The notes under the pieces: generated by a model
The model's database searches: none
Seen by the model: only the letters and a program-made list of their open reading frames with translations
What the model was told of the DNA's origin: nothing
In this document: one piece after another, positions 35,987-44,476 of the stretch
Layout: every line of letters starts with the position of its first letter
How positions within the stretch are numbered: the stretch's first letter is position 1
Made by a program: the position numbers and the translations under genes
From: a virus
Length of the DNA: 64,000 nucleotides
Virus record (IMG/VR): IMGVR_UViG_3300042988_000771
Span: 14,016-78,015 of that record
Reading direction: 5' to 3' (one strand)

Positions 35987-36037
35987 AGACTGACACCCAG
36001 GCCGCTGAGGATTCCCTCGCGGCCTTCGATCTTGAGT

Positions 36038-36060
36038 CACACACGAAAGTGTGGTAAACT
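36038..36060 (+). promoter_or_regulatory. Early promoter/operator CACACACGAAAGTGTGGTAAACT
   Basis: Near-identical copy at 39012; extended -10 overlapped by an inverted repeat. Confidence 0.65.
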
Positions 36061-36173
36061 GTATGCGAGCGCCAGAGGTGTATCTGTCTCCCCCGTCAGA
36101 TTGCCTCTGGCGCTCGCTTTTTGACCCCCAGGCACTCCCGCCTGGGGGTTTCGTCGTGTAGGAGGTGGTCACC

Positions 36174-37220
36174 TTGGTCGCTGACCTTGGTGGTTTCGAT
36201 GACATGTCCAAGAAGCTCATCCGCTCGATGGAGGCGTGTGGATGGACGGGACGACGAACAAGCAAGGGGCACTGGATAGGCAAGGCGCCTGATGGCTACA
36301 CCATCACCGTCCCGCCGAAGATGTCCCGCGGCAATCGCACAGCGCAAAACTGCGAAGCGCAGTTCGCCCGCTGGCTACGCAGGCAAGCGCCTGAGGAGAT
36401 TGCCGCCATCGAGGGAACCGACCTCATCGAGGACCCCATCCTCGCGGAGACGGTTCGCAACAAGGCTGTTCAGAAGGCCACGGACGCCCTCTTGAAGAAG
36501 GCTCCCGTGGACCCGCTCAAGCAGTTCGAGCACGACATGGAGGTCCTCACCACGGCTATCACCGGCCCCAAGCCGGAGACCCGCGAGTTGGTCTCCACTC
36601 GCCCCTGGCTGGCCCGCAAGAAGCATGGGCCGATCGGTGGCGAGCGGTACGAGTCAGAGGCAGTGGTGGAGAACCGCTACTCCGATGGCTCCGTGGAGTA
36701 CGTCTGCGCCTTCGGGTGCGGCTACTCCAATCCGAACCCCAAGGGTGTGGCCGTCCACTACGGGCGCTCCCACACCATGAAGGGCGAGGTAGCGCCAGCC
36801 GGTGAGGGTCCACGCCACGTGGACGTCACCTACACCGAGCCGTCGTTCCACCGCGCCTACAACCCGCAGGAGCGCCTCGTGAAGGCGCTCACGTCGTGGT
36901 TGGAGGAGAACTGGACGGCCGAGCTGGACATGGACGAGGTCGCCACCATGTTCCTCACTTGGGCGCACGAGCGCCCCGATCTGGAGCATGTGGAGCGGGA
37001 CGTCACCGCCTACACCGACGAGGAGATGGTCCAGCGCATCCGCGCGATCGTGGGCCAGCCCTTCTCAGTGGAGTTGAAGGACGCCACTGCTGAGAACGAC
37101 GCTCTGAAGGCGCTGGTGGAACAGCGCACGATAGAGCGTGATGAGGTCACCGCGCAGCTCGCGAAGGTGCAGCGTGACCTCGATGCCATCCGGGACATGT
37201 TGGGTGGCATAGGGCACTAA
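36174..37220 (+). CDS. HicA-like N-domain, C2H2 Zn finger and coiled-coil fusion protein
   Basis: GW..RRTSKGHW...PDG..ITVP; YVC..GC.Y........VH.GRSH; start TTG 36174 or ATG 36204. Confidence 0.65.
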   Translation: MVADLGGFDDMSKKLIRSMEACGWTGRRTSKGHWIGKAPDGYTITVPPKMSRGNRTAQNCEAQFARWLRRQAPEEIAAIEGTDLIEDPILAETVRNKAVQKATDALLKKAPVDPLKQFEHDMEVLTTAITGPKPETRELVSTRPWLARKKHGPIGGERYESEAVVENRYSDGSVEYVCAFGCGYSNPNPKGVAVHYGRSHTMKGEVAPAGEGPRHVDVTYTEPSFHRAYNPQERLVKALTSWLEENWTAELDMDEVATMFLTWAHERPDLEHVERDVTAYTDEEMVQRIRAIVGQPFSVELKDATAENDALKALVEQRTIERDEVTAQLAKVQRDLDAIRDMLGGIGH

Positions 37221-37223
37221 CCC

Positions 37224-37253
37224 TTGACACTAAGTGTTAGGGTGTGGCATACT
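37224..37253 (+). promoter_or_regulatory. Early promoter TTGACA-18-CATACT (TGTGG extension)
   Basis: Consensus -35; shares GTGTGG-yAnACT with the 36038 and 39012 promoters. Confidence 0.7.
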
Positions 37254-37336
37254 AAAGGCATCGGGCGACAGCTGTCTCTCGATGCAGCCCCCACAGGGCC
37301 TTCCTGTGGGGGCTTTCGGCGTTCTAAGGAGTCATC

Positions 37337-37504
37337 GTGGCTACCACGACAACCGTTCGTACCGCTGGTCACCTGAGCGAGATGCTGGTGGACGGCGTCC
37401 AAATCCTGGTCGGATGCACCTGTGGCTGGACGTGCAGCTGCGCAGTCTCCGACCAGGTCACGGCGTACGCGATGTACGCCTCCCACGCCAAGGCTGCTCA
37501 GTAG
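37337..37504 (+). CDS. 55-aa Zn-binding peptide
   Basis: GH...CTCGW...H; RBS AAGGAGTCATC. Confidence 0.55.
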   Translation: MATTTTVRTAGHLSEMLVDGVQILVGCTCGWTCSCAVSDQVTAYAMYASHAKAAQ

Positions 37505-37512
37505 CCAAGGCG

Positions 37513-37557
37513 AGCCCGCATAGGCGCAAGTGCCAGGTTCGAATCCTGGGCGGGCTG
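37513..37557 (+). ncRNA. Minimal tRNA mimic (7-bp acceptor stem plus canonical T-arm)
   Basis: AGCCCGC-ATAGGCGCAAGTG-CCAGG TTCGAAT CCTGG-GCGGGCT-G. Confidence 0.65.
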
Positions 37558-37607
37558 CTAAGCCCCAGTCAACCGGCTGGGGCTTCTTCAATGATGAGGG
37601 AGTCATC

Positions 37608-37910
37608 ATGAGCATCTTCACCGACTTCACCGCAGCCCGCGAGACCCGCTACCCCGTGGGTGCCTATGTCGGGTACGACGGTTCCGTCGCAGAGTTCAAG
37701 GGCCACTGCGCCTTCGTGACGGACAGCGTCACGCTGGGCAGCGAGACCCGCTACACCCTCCGGTTCGGTAGCCGGGACGCCCTGACCAACGTCAGGGGCC
37801 AGTCGATCTACTACGTCGCCATCACGCCTGAGACGCGTGAGCGCGGCGAGGCCATCCGCCGAGCGTGGATGCTCAAGCGGGGCCGACTGAACGACCCCTA
37901 CGCGAAGTAG
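37608..37910 (+). CDS. Hypothetical protein (SH3-like beta pattern)
   Basis: RBS GAGGGAGTCATC-ATG. Confidence 0.65.
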   Translation: MSIFTDFTAARETRYPVGAYVGYDGSVAEFKGHCAFVTDSVTLGSETRYTLRFGSRDALTNVRGQSIYYVAITPETRERGEAIRRAWMLKRGRLNDPYAK

Positions 37911-37916
37911 GGAGCA

Positions 37917-37971
37917 GGGCGAAACGCCGTGAGGCGTCCGCGGGTTGGTCCCGCGCTGATGAGCCCATCAG
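37917..37971 (+). ncRNA. Type II hammerhead ribozyme
   Basis: GGGC-GAAA-CGCC GTGA GGCG-TC^-CGCGGG TTGGT CCCGCG-CTGATGA-GCCC: all core nucleotides and three stems present. Confidence 0.9.
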
Positions 37972-37991
37972 ACAGCGGTGAGGGAGTCACC

Positions 37992-38168
37992 ATGACCAAA
38001 GACGAGTACATCCGCGCTCAGTTCCAAGCGCAGATCGACGTCGCCTCGCTAGAGCTGACCACCACCCCGCTGGGGCGTCTGCTGGCTGTCGTCAGCGGCA
38101 CTCCTCCCCTGGGGTGGACGAAGGAGCAGTTCGAGTCCGCCGTCGCAGCCCGCGGCGGTGTGCTGTGA
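37992..38168 (+). CDS. Hypothetical protein
   Basis: RBS GAGGGAGTCACC-ATG. Confidence 0.6.
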   Translation: MTKDEYIRAQFQAQIDVASLELTTTPLGRLLAVVSGTPPLGWTKEQFESAVAARGGVL

Positions 38169-38194
38169 TTTTCAACTACAAGAAGGAGGAGCCC

Positions 38195-38797
38195 ATGGCA
38201 CAAGCCGGTGGCAGCAAGGAAGCGTGGAACGCCCGTCAGAACCTGATGGACGCTGCACACCTGATCGAATCCGCCTGCGCATGGGCGGAGAAGGACGAGG
38301 AGGTCTACGACCGACTCGCCGCGTTCGAGTGGAACGTCGTCTCTGCTCCACTCGAAGAGAGCGCCCAGGAACTCCGCAGGGCCGCGGAGTCCATCGTCAC
38401 CGCTCCTGCCCAGAAGTTCGAGGTCTGGGAGACCACCGAGCACCTGTGTGGCTACAGCGTGGCCTCCGGGGAATCGGACTACTGCTTCCACGAGGGCTGC
38501 TGGGAGGAGATGGTCTCGATCCGGCAGGCGCTCAGCTTGCAGCAGGCCGCGCGTCACCTCCTCCACAACTTCGAGGTGGACGAGGAGGACCGCTGGGACC
38601 AGGGCTACTCCTCCATGGTCACCAATCTTGCCGAGTGGCATGAGTGGTGGAACGCCTACATGAGCGGCTCCAAGAAGCAGTACGACGCGCTCACCGAGGA
38701 GCAGAAGCAGCGGATCTCCTCCGTTGTGGACAACGGAGGGAAGTTCGAGGACTTCATCGCCCGCGAACTCTTCTTCATCGAGGAGGGGTCGAAGTGA
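38195..38797 (+). CDS. Acidic hypothetical protein
   Basis: RBS AAGGAGGAG. Confidence 0.65.
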   Translation: MAQAGGSKEAWNARQNLMDAAHLIESACAWAEKDEEVYDRLAAFEWNVVSAPLEESAQELRRAAESIVTAPAQKFEVWETTEHLCGYSVASGESDYCFHEGCWEEMVSIRQALSLQQAARHLLHNFEVDEEDRWDQGYSSMVTNLAEWHEWWNAYMSGSKKQYDALTEEQKQRISSVVDNGGKFEDFIARELFFIEEGSK

Positions 38798-39021
38798 AGA
38801 TCAAGAAGTGGAACCCGATCTTCAAGGAGATGATCCGGCAGTACAAAGAGTGGAAGTTCCTGGACGGTAAGGACTTCACGGTCCACGTCGTTCCGCTGGA
38901 TGTCTCCGACGACATCTCCAACGTGCTCAACGGAGAGCCCATCCCCGACGACCTACGTCGAAGGTGGGCAGACACCTTGGTCTACGCCAAGACTCCGTCG
39001 ATCATGAAAGCCACACACTAA
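38794..39021 (+). CDS. Hypothetical protein
   Basis: GTGA coupling. Confidence 0.55.
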   Translation: MKIKKWNPIFKEMIRQYKEWKFLDGKDFTVHVVPLDVSDDISNVLNGEPIPDDLRRRWADTLVYAKTPSIMKATH

Positions 39022-39034
39022 AGTGTGGTAGACT
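39012..39034 (+). promoter_or_regulatory. Early promoter/operator CACACACTAAAGTGTGGTAGACT
   Basis: 21/23 identical to the 36038 copy. Confidence 0.65.
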
Positions 39035-39168
39035 AAGGGCCTTCCCTGCGACAGCTCTATCCGAAATCCACCTGTCAGCCGGTCTCGTACCGGCTGGCAC
39101 CGAGGCTTTTCGGAGCACTCAGCCCCAGACACTCCGTCTGGGGCTTTCGTCATGTTGAGGGAGTCATC

Positions 39169-39699
39169 ATGTCCAAGTCCGACAACGCTCTGACCGTCGC
39201 CAAGATCGCTGGCCTGTTCGCGCTGGCCGGTCTCGCAGGCTACGGCGCCTACGTGCAGGCAGAGGCCGAGGCCGCCACCGAGGCGACCGACGACCTGGCG
39301 ACCCGCTTCGCCAAGGGCCTGCTCACCGAGGAGTACACCTTCTCGGGCATCCGCCGCACCAACGAGAACACCGTCTTCGTCCTCCATGTGGTGGGCAAGG
39401 ATGAGCAGTTCATCGACATCGCCCTCCAGCAGGGCGAGCAGGCGCTCGTGATCGACACCAACCTGCCCGGCGTCAAGGTCGGCAAGGCTGTCGTCATCAC
39501 CAACGAGCGCCTCAGCGCGGAGGTTGACCGCTACGTCCGCACGGGCCACTCCTACTACGCGACCGATCGCCGCGTGCGGTTCTTCAGCATGCCGTTCGGC
39601 CAGCGCAACGAGGCCTTCCTCTTCGAGGTCCTCAAGAAGGGCGAGTTCGTCCCGATGTTCCTCGCGAACACGACGGACATGACCCTCTCGGTGCTCTGA
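39169..39699 (+). CDS. Hypothetical protein with N-terminal TM/signal
   Basis: RBS GAGGGAGTCATC-ATG. Confidence 0.7.
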   Translation: MSKSDNALTVAKIAGLFALAGLAGYGAYVQAEAEAATEATDDLATRFAKGLLTEEYTFSGIRRTNENTVFVLHVVGKDEQFIDIALQQGEQALVIDTNLPGVKVGKAVVITNERLSAEVDRYVRTGHSYYATDRRVRFFSMPFGQRNEAFLFEVLKKGEFVPMFLANTTDMTLSVL

Positions 39700-40154
39700 T
39701 GGAGCGCATCGAGCCCAAGCCGGGAGGCATCGTCCTCCCGGTGTTCGAGGAGAACGCCATCGTGCTGCATGCCGATGGGCAGTTCCACACCGTGGAGTTC
39801 CCCGAGAGCGAGAGTGAGCTGAACACGCTCCTCCACTCCACGGTGAACGGGTCACCGGAGCGCGTCGCCACCTACGTGGAGGGCGAGCGCTACGACCTGT
39901 GGGTCAACGACGAGTTCCTCGTCATCCCTGACCCGCCACCGTTCAACGTCATCGCGACGTTCTTCCACATGCTCGGACTCAAGGACGAGTTCAAGGACAC
40001 GGCCTTCATCGCGGGTGACGCCATCCTCACGGGTGGCGTCTCCTGGGATGGCATGACCCAGTCCTTGCGTCCCGAGCAGACCATGGCGCTCCTTGATCTC
40101 ATCGCCTCGATCAAGGAAGCCGTCGAACACCATAGGAGGCGCATGGAGGGGTAG
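39699..40154 (+). CDS. DUF3846-like protein
   Basis: V.G..E.V...LWVNDE.....N..AT...IAGDA.LTG. Confidence 0.65.
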   Translation: MERIEPKPGGIVLPVFEENAIVLHADGQFHTVEFPESESELNTLLHSTVNGSPERVATYVEGERYDLWVNDEFLVIPDPPPFNVIATFFHMLGLKDEFKDTAFIAGDAILTGGVSWDGMTQSLRPEQTMALLDLIASIKEAVEHHRRRMEG

Positions 40155-40673
40155 ATGGGCAAGGACCACTTGATGGTGCTGTCCGTCTGCCCCGAGCGGG
40201 CTCGACCGCCAAATCGCCCGCCCGGATACGAGCAGGCGGACAACATGCTCATAGTCGGCGCCAGCAAGTACGACTGCTGGACCGTCGCGCAGGACATCCT
40301 GCATCAGAACCAGCCGTCTTCGCAGTACCCCGACGAGGGGTTCGTGGAGAGCGATTGCTGGGTCCTCTCGTGTGACTTCGACTGGCCGGAGAACGGCGTG
40401 GTTCTGGTCGACGAAGAGGACGAGGACTATCAGTACGACGACATCTTCAGTCGCATCGACGCACTGTCCGACATGGTGTCGCAAGACGGTACCTACCTCG
40501 CCCATATGGACGGGGTGGATGCCACGCAAAACTGCGCCTGGTTGGTTGGGGACCTCCTCAACCTGACCTATCCCCAGGAGGGCGTCGATTTCTGGGAAGC
40601 GCGATGCGAGCCCTACGTGGAATGGCGGGCTTCGCTGTATGGCGGGAGGTTCCGCAACCGCACGGCCAGCTAG
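40155..40673 (+). CDS. Acidic hypothetical protein
   Basis: Adjacent ORF in the early gene run. Confidence 0.55.
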   Translation: MGKDHLMVLSVCPERARPPNRPPGYEQADNMLIVGASKYDCWTVAQDILHQNQPSSQYPDEGFVESDCWVLSCDFDWPENGVVLVDEEDEDYQYDDIFSRIDALSDMVSQDGTYLAHMDGVDATQNCAWLVGDLLNLTYPQEGVDFWEARCEPYVEWRASLYGGRFRNRTAS

Positions 40674-40722
40674 ACCGGACCCGTCAATCGTCGGGTCTGT
40701 GGCATCGAGGGAAGGAGCGGCC

Positions 40723-40902
40723 ATGCGCCGCAACTCTCTGTCACGCGCCGACAACGCGACCTTCCTGGGTCTCGTCGTGCTCGTGGTGCTGCTCACGGCT
40801 CCCATGTGGGCAGTTGCAGCGGCTGGCCTTGCCGCCCCGCTGCTGATCGCAGGCGTCATCGCCGTCGCGATCGTCGCTGGCATCGCCAGCATCTTCAGCT
40901 AG
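40723..40902 (+). CDS. Small 2-TM membrane protein
   Basis: RBS AAGGAG, hydrophobic. Confidence 0.6.
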   Translation: MRRNSLSRADNATFLGLVVLVVLLTAPMWAVAAAGLAAPLLIAGVIAVAIVAGIASIFS

Positions 40903-40937
40903 GCCTTCTAACCAACCAACCCTAGGAGCTGGGACAC

Positions 40938-41672
40938 ATGTCCGAGACCACCATCACGACGGCCGAGCCCGTCGTCGAGACGACTGAGGTCGTCTCCGAG
41001 GAGACTCCCAAGCGGGGCTTCCTCAAGCGCTTCGCCTCGGCCTTTGCGGCCAAGGTCACCCAGGCGGCCAAGGCCGTCCAGTCCGCGTTCGTCCGCCTCT
41101 TCGGAGACAACGAGACCGAGATCCCCGAGAACGAGGGCTTCGTTCGCAAGGCCGCACGGTTCATCACCGCGATCCCGAAGTGGGCCACGCTGGTGGCCCT
41201 CAAGGCAGCGCAGGCCGTCGTGTGGTTCGCGCTGCTCGTCATCACCGTGGTCGTCACAGTGGTGCTGCTCATCGCAGCCGCTATCGTCTTCGCAATCGCG
41301 CTGGCGATCCAGACGGTCTTCAAGGTGCTCCAGGGCATCGCGCTGATCGCCCGCACTCCCTACCTGCTGGTCCGTGGCGACGACTGCTTCGCGACCGACT
41401 GGAAGGGCTACCTCCTCGGCTGGACCCCGCGCTTCTTCATGACGACCAGCATCCAGCAGGTCTACTTCATGAGGCAGTTGGACGCCGAGACGGCCGAGAT
41501 CGTGGCGGAGAACCTCGCGGAGACCGAGGCCCCGCTGGAGGCCAAGCCCACGCTGACCGCTCACGCGGGTGGCAAGGGCAAAGCCACGCCGCGGCGCAAG
41601 CCGAAGTCCAGCCCGCGCACCAAGCGGACTGAACTCCACACGCTTGCTGGCACGGCCGTTGCGCCTGCGTAG
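40938..41672 (+). CDS. Membrane protein with a long hydrophobic hairpin
   Basis: About 40-aa uninterrupted hydrophobic stretch. Confidence 0.7.
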   Translation: MSETTITTAEPVVETTEVVSEETPKRGFLKRFASAFAAKVTQAAKAVQSAFVRLFGDNETEIPENEGFVRKAARFITAIPKWATLVALKAAQAVVWFALLVITVVVTVVLLIAAAIVFAIALAIQTVFKVLQGIALIARTPYLLVRGDDCFATDWKGYLLGWTPRFFMTTSIQQVYFMRQLDAETAEIVAENLAETEAPLEAKPTLTAHAGGKGKATPRRKPKSSPRTKRTELHTLAGTAVAPA

Positions 41673-41915
41673 ATGTCGTTCCTGACGCTGCGCAACACGA
41701 AGTGGACGGGCGGCGACGTCACCATCTCCGACGACGGTGAGTACATCGTCATCGAGATACGTGACGTCGCCCCCGTTCGCGGGTACATGATCGTCGAGAT
41801 CGCCACTGGCCAGGTCATCAAGGGCCAGTGGCGTTCGCTGTTTGAGGCCCAGACGGCTGCGAACAGCCTCCGCAAGTCAACCAATCAACCGGAAGAGGGA
41901 GAAACCCGTGGCTAA
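41673..41915 (+). CDS. Hypothetical protein
   Basis: Adjacent ORF. Confidence 0.55.
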   Translation: MSFLTLRNTKWTGGDVTISDDGEYIVIEIRDVAPVRGYMIVEIATGQVIKGQWRSLFEAQTAANSLRKSTNQPEEGETRG

Positions 41916-42165
41916 GGAGCCAGTGGTTCTTGTCGTCCACGTCGAGATCGTTCTCGACGACGGCAAGCTCAAGCCTGGTGTCAACCTGGACACCATCGCT
42001 GAGCAGATCGACACCGCAGTGTGGGGAGTGGTTGTCCCCCACAGCGAGATCAAGGCGACGCGCAAGCGCTGCCTGAAGTCCAAGGCGCACGTCCACGACG
42101 GTGCTGCGCCCTGCCAGAAGTGCGTCAACTACGCCTACAACGAGAGGAACTCCGAGAATGTCTAA
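41908..42165 (+). CDS. Hypothetical protein with C...H...CxxC motif
   Basis: RBS GAGGGAG. Confidence 0.55.
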   Translation: MAKEPVVLVVHVEIVLDDGKLKPGVNLDTIAEQIDTAVWGVVVPHSEIKATRKRCLKSKAHVHDGAAPCQKCVNYAYNERNSENV

Positions 42166-43783
42166 GCCCGCGACCATCAGTTACGAGGACCGCGAGTCCC
42201 TCTCCGTCGGCATTGACCACGGCGACCTGAAGAACCTGGACAAGATCGCCTATGCGGTCAACCTCGCCTCTGAGGACGCCCAGGAGGAGTACGGCAAGGA
42301 TGCCGTCCTCACCGTCAACGGCCAGCCGATCGACCCGCTGGTCGGTGCAGCAGCCATCCGTGCGGCCTACATCAAGATGCACGGGATCGAGCCGATCGGC
42401 ATGGAGTGGCAGGGGATGCTCCCGGTCACCAAGCCGTTCGAGACCCAGGACCGCCTGTTCCGCCTCATCAGCGGGGAGACCGTCCTGGAGACCGTCTTGG
42501 AGTCCCCGCGCATCTGGAACGCCGAGAAGCTCTCGATCTACCTGTCCGAGTGGCACCCCGAGTTCGTCCAGCCCAAGGTCGTCTACCCCAGCCACCGCAA
42601 GATGCTGCTGGCGGAGGTGCTCAAGGGCGCGACGATGATCGGCATGCCCACTCGCACGGTGGACGTGCCGTGGGGCGGCGTGGCGTGGCCGGTCAACGAG
42701 GACCGGGTGGACATGACCATCGTGGCCACCGAGAAGCCGGGCAACGAGTTCGGCCTGCCGAACAAGATGGTCGCTCGGTTCATCGTGGTCGCCAAGAAGA
42801 TGCACGCCGGGGCTGTGGACGAGTTCTACAGCCTGGTCCTGGAGGAGGTGCGCCGGGTCTACCAGAACAAGTACATCGTCTGGAACGACGGCCGCATCTC
42901 CTACGAGGACGTCCACACCAAGGTCAAGGTCGGGGAGATCATCCTCAACGAGGACTTCGAGGCGGAGCTGGAGACGCGCATCTACAAGCGCATCCGCAAC
43001 GTCGAGGAGTGCCGTCGCACCGACCGCCGGATGCTCAGCGCCAAGTACGTCTTCTCGGGCGAGGCGGGCACCGGCAAGACCATGACCGCCCAGTTGATCG
43101 CGATGGAGTCGCTCAACAACAACTGGACGGTTGTCCTCATCCAGCCGGGCGACGACGAGGACTTCGGTCGCGCGATGGACTTCGTCGCCCAGTTGGACGG
43201 TCCGGTCCTCGTGATCGTGGAGGACCTGGAGAAGATGATGCCCGACCAGGAGGGCCTGACCACCAAGCAGCGGATGGAGGAGCGCTCCAAGCTCCTTGAC
43301 CGCTTCGACGGCGGGGTCATCAAGGGCAAGGAGATCGTCTTCATCCTGACGACGAACTTCAAGATGATGTGGATCAGCGCCATGGCTCGCCACGGTCGCT
43401 GCGACGGATTCTGGGAGTTCGTCCCGCTCGATCGGGTGGGCTTCGAGAAGCTCATGCGGATCAAGCTCAAGGGGCGGCTCGCCGACGACGTGGACTTCGA
43501 CATCGTCTTCGAGTACGTCAAGGACATGTCGTCCTCGTTCCTGGCAGCCATGGCGGACTACGCCCGCGACGACTGCCTCGGTGAGGGCACGGACTACCGG
43601 CTGACCACGGATCGTCTGGTCGTGCTCACGCGCGGCCTGCGTCGCCAGTACCAGTGGTACATCGAGCTCGTGGACAACGAGTTGTCCCAGCGGGCTCAGA
43701 CGCTCAGCGAGCACTACGAGGCGCTGGTCGGTCCTATCGTGGACGCGAGGTTCGCAGCGGCGGGCTTCGCAACCGTCAAGTAG
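42158..43783 (+). CDS. AAA+ ATPase
   Basis: Walker A GEAGTGKT, Walker B VIVEDLE, sensor TTN, Arg finger RHGRCD. Confidence 0.92.
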   Translation: MSKPATISYEDRESLSVGIDHGDLKNLDKIAYAVNLASEDAQEEYGKDAVLTVNGQPIDPLVGAAAIRAAYIKMHGIEPIGMEWQGMLPVTKPFETQDRLFRLISGETVLETVLESPRIWNAEKLSIYLSEWHPEFVQPKVVYPSHRKMLLAEVLKGATMIGMPTRTVDVPWGGVAWPVNEDRVDMTIVATEKPGNEFGLPNKMVARFIVVAKKMHAGAVDEFYSLVLEEVRRVYQNKYIVWNDGRISYEDVHTKVKVGEIILNEDFEAELETRIYKRIRNVEECRRTDRRMLSAKYVFSGEAGTGKTMTAQLIAMESLNNNWTVVLIQPGDDEDFGRAMDFVAQLDGPVLVIVEDLEKMMPDQEGLTTKQRMEERSKLLDRFDGGVIKGKEIVFILTTNFKMMWISAMARHGRCDGFWEFVPLDRVGFEKLMRIKLKGRLADDVDFDIVFEYVKDMSSSFLAAMADYARDDCLGEGTDYRLTTDRLVVLTRGLRRQYQWYIELVDNELSQRAQTLSEHYEALVGPIVDARFAAAGFATVK

Positions 43784-43852
43784 AGAGCCGGGGTCGGGGC
43801 GGGGTTCACGACTCCCTCGCCCCGCCTCGGCCCCCTACAACGAAGGAGAGAC

Positions 43853-44167
43853 ATGTCAGACGATCTGTTGCAGGACGCCTTGGCGATGATGGAGGGCACC
43901 GAGGAGGTTCCTCCGTTCATCAGTGAGGCCACGATCGAGCACGTCGCCACCGACTTGGCGACGTGGTGCTTCGAGTCATTCCAGAAGGCGAACGAGGAGG
44001 CCCCCGAGGGGCTGGCCGAGGACGTCTTCATCGCGTTCGTGACGAACGCCATCGGGGCTGCCTTCATCGCAGGCTGCCTCAGCACATCAACCAACCCGCA
44101 AGAAGCCCCCAGCCACACCGTGGTCGGCGGGCAGTCAGGAGCCATCTACAACTTCTATTTCAACTAG
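43853..44167 (+). CDS. Acidic hypothetical protein
   Basis: RBS AAGGAG after a hairpin. Confidence 0.6.
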   Translation: MSDDLLQDALAMMEGTEEVPPFISEATIEHVATDLATWCFESFQKANEEAPEGLAEDVFIAFVTNAIGAAFIAGCLSTSTNPQEAPSHTVVGGQSGAIYNFYFN

Positions 44168-44176
44168 GAGGACCCC

Positions 44177-44476
44177 GTGGGGTTCATCGAAGCATTCAAG
44201 TCCATCTGCAAGCGCGTGATCGCCAACGTCATCTCGGCGATCCAGCGCATGTCAGCACAGGAGGTCGTCGTCTCCGAGGACGGCGAGATCATCATCCGCG
44301 AGCCGCTCGTCAAGGACATCGCGGACAAGCTCAGTGCGGTCGTCGTGGCCAGCGCTGCCCTGTTCTTCCTGATGTCTCCGCTCCAGGGAGCGACGGCGAT
44401 GAAGATCGGGGACCAGTTGCTCCGCCTGGCCACCGTGATGTGGAACGGCGAACCGGAGGTGGTGGTCAGTGGCTAA
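44177..44476 (+). CDS. Hypothetical protein, possibly membrane
   Basis: RBS AGGAGG. Confidence 0.55.
   Translation: MGFIEAFKSICKRVIANVISAIQRMSAQEVVVSEDGEIIIREPLVKDIADKLSAVVVASAALFFLMSPLQGATAMKIGDQLLRLATVMWNGEPEVVVSG

Noticed and set aside
37490-37565. Canonical tRNA gene (also 35929 and 29867)
   Set aside because: No proper D-arm or anticodon arm and no CCA; reported as tRNA-like elements instead
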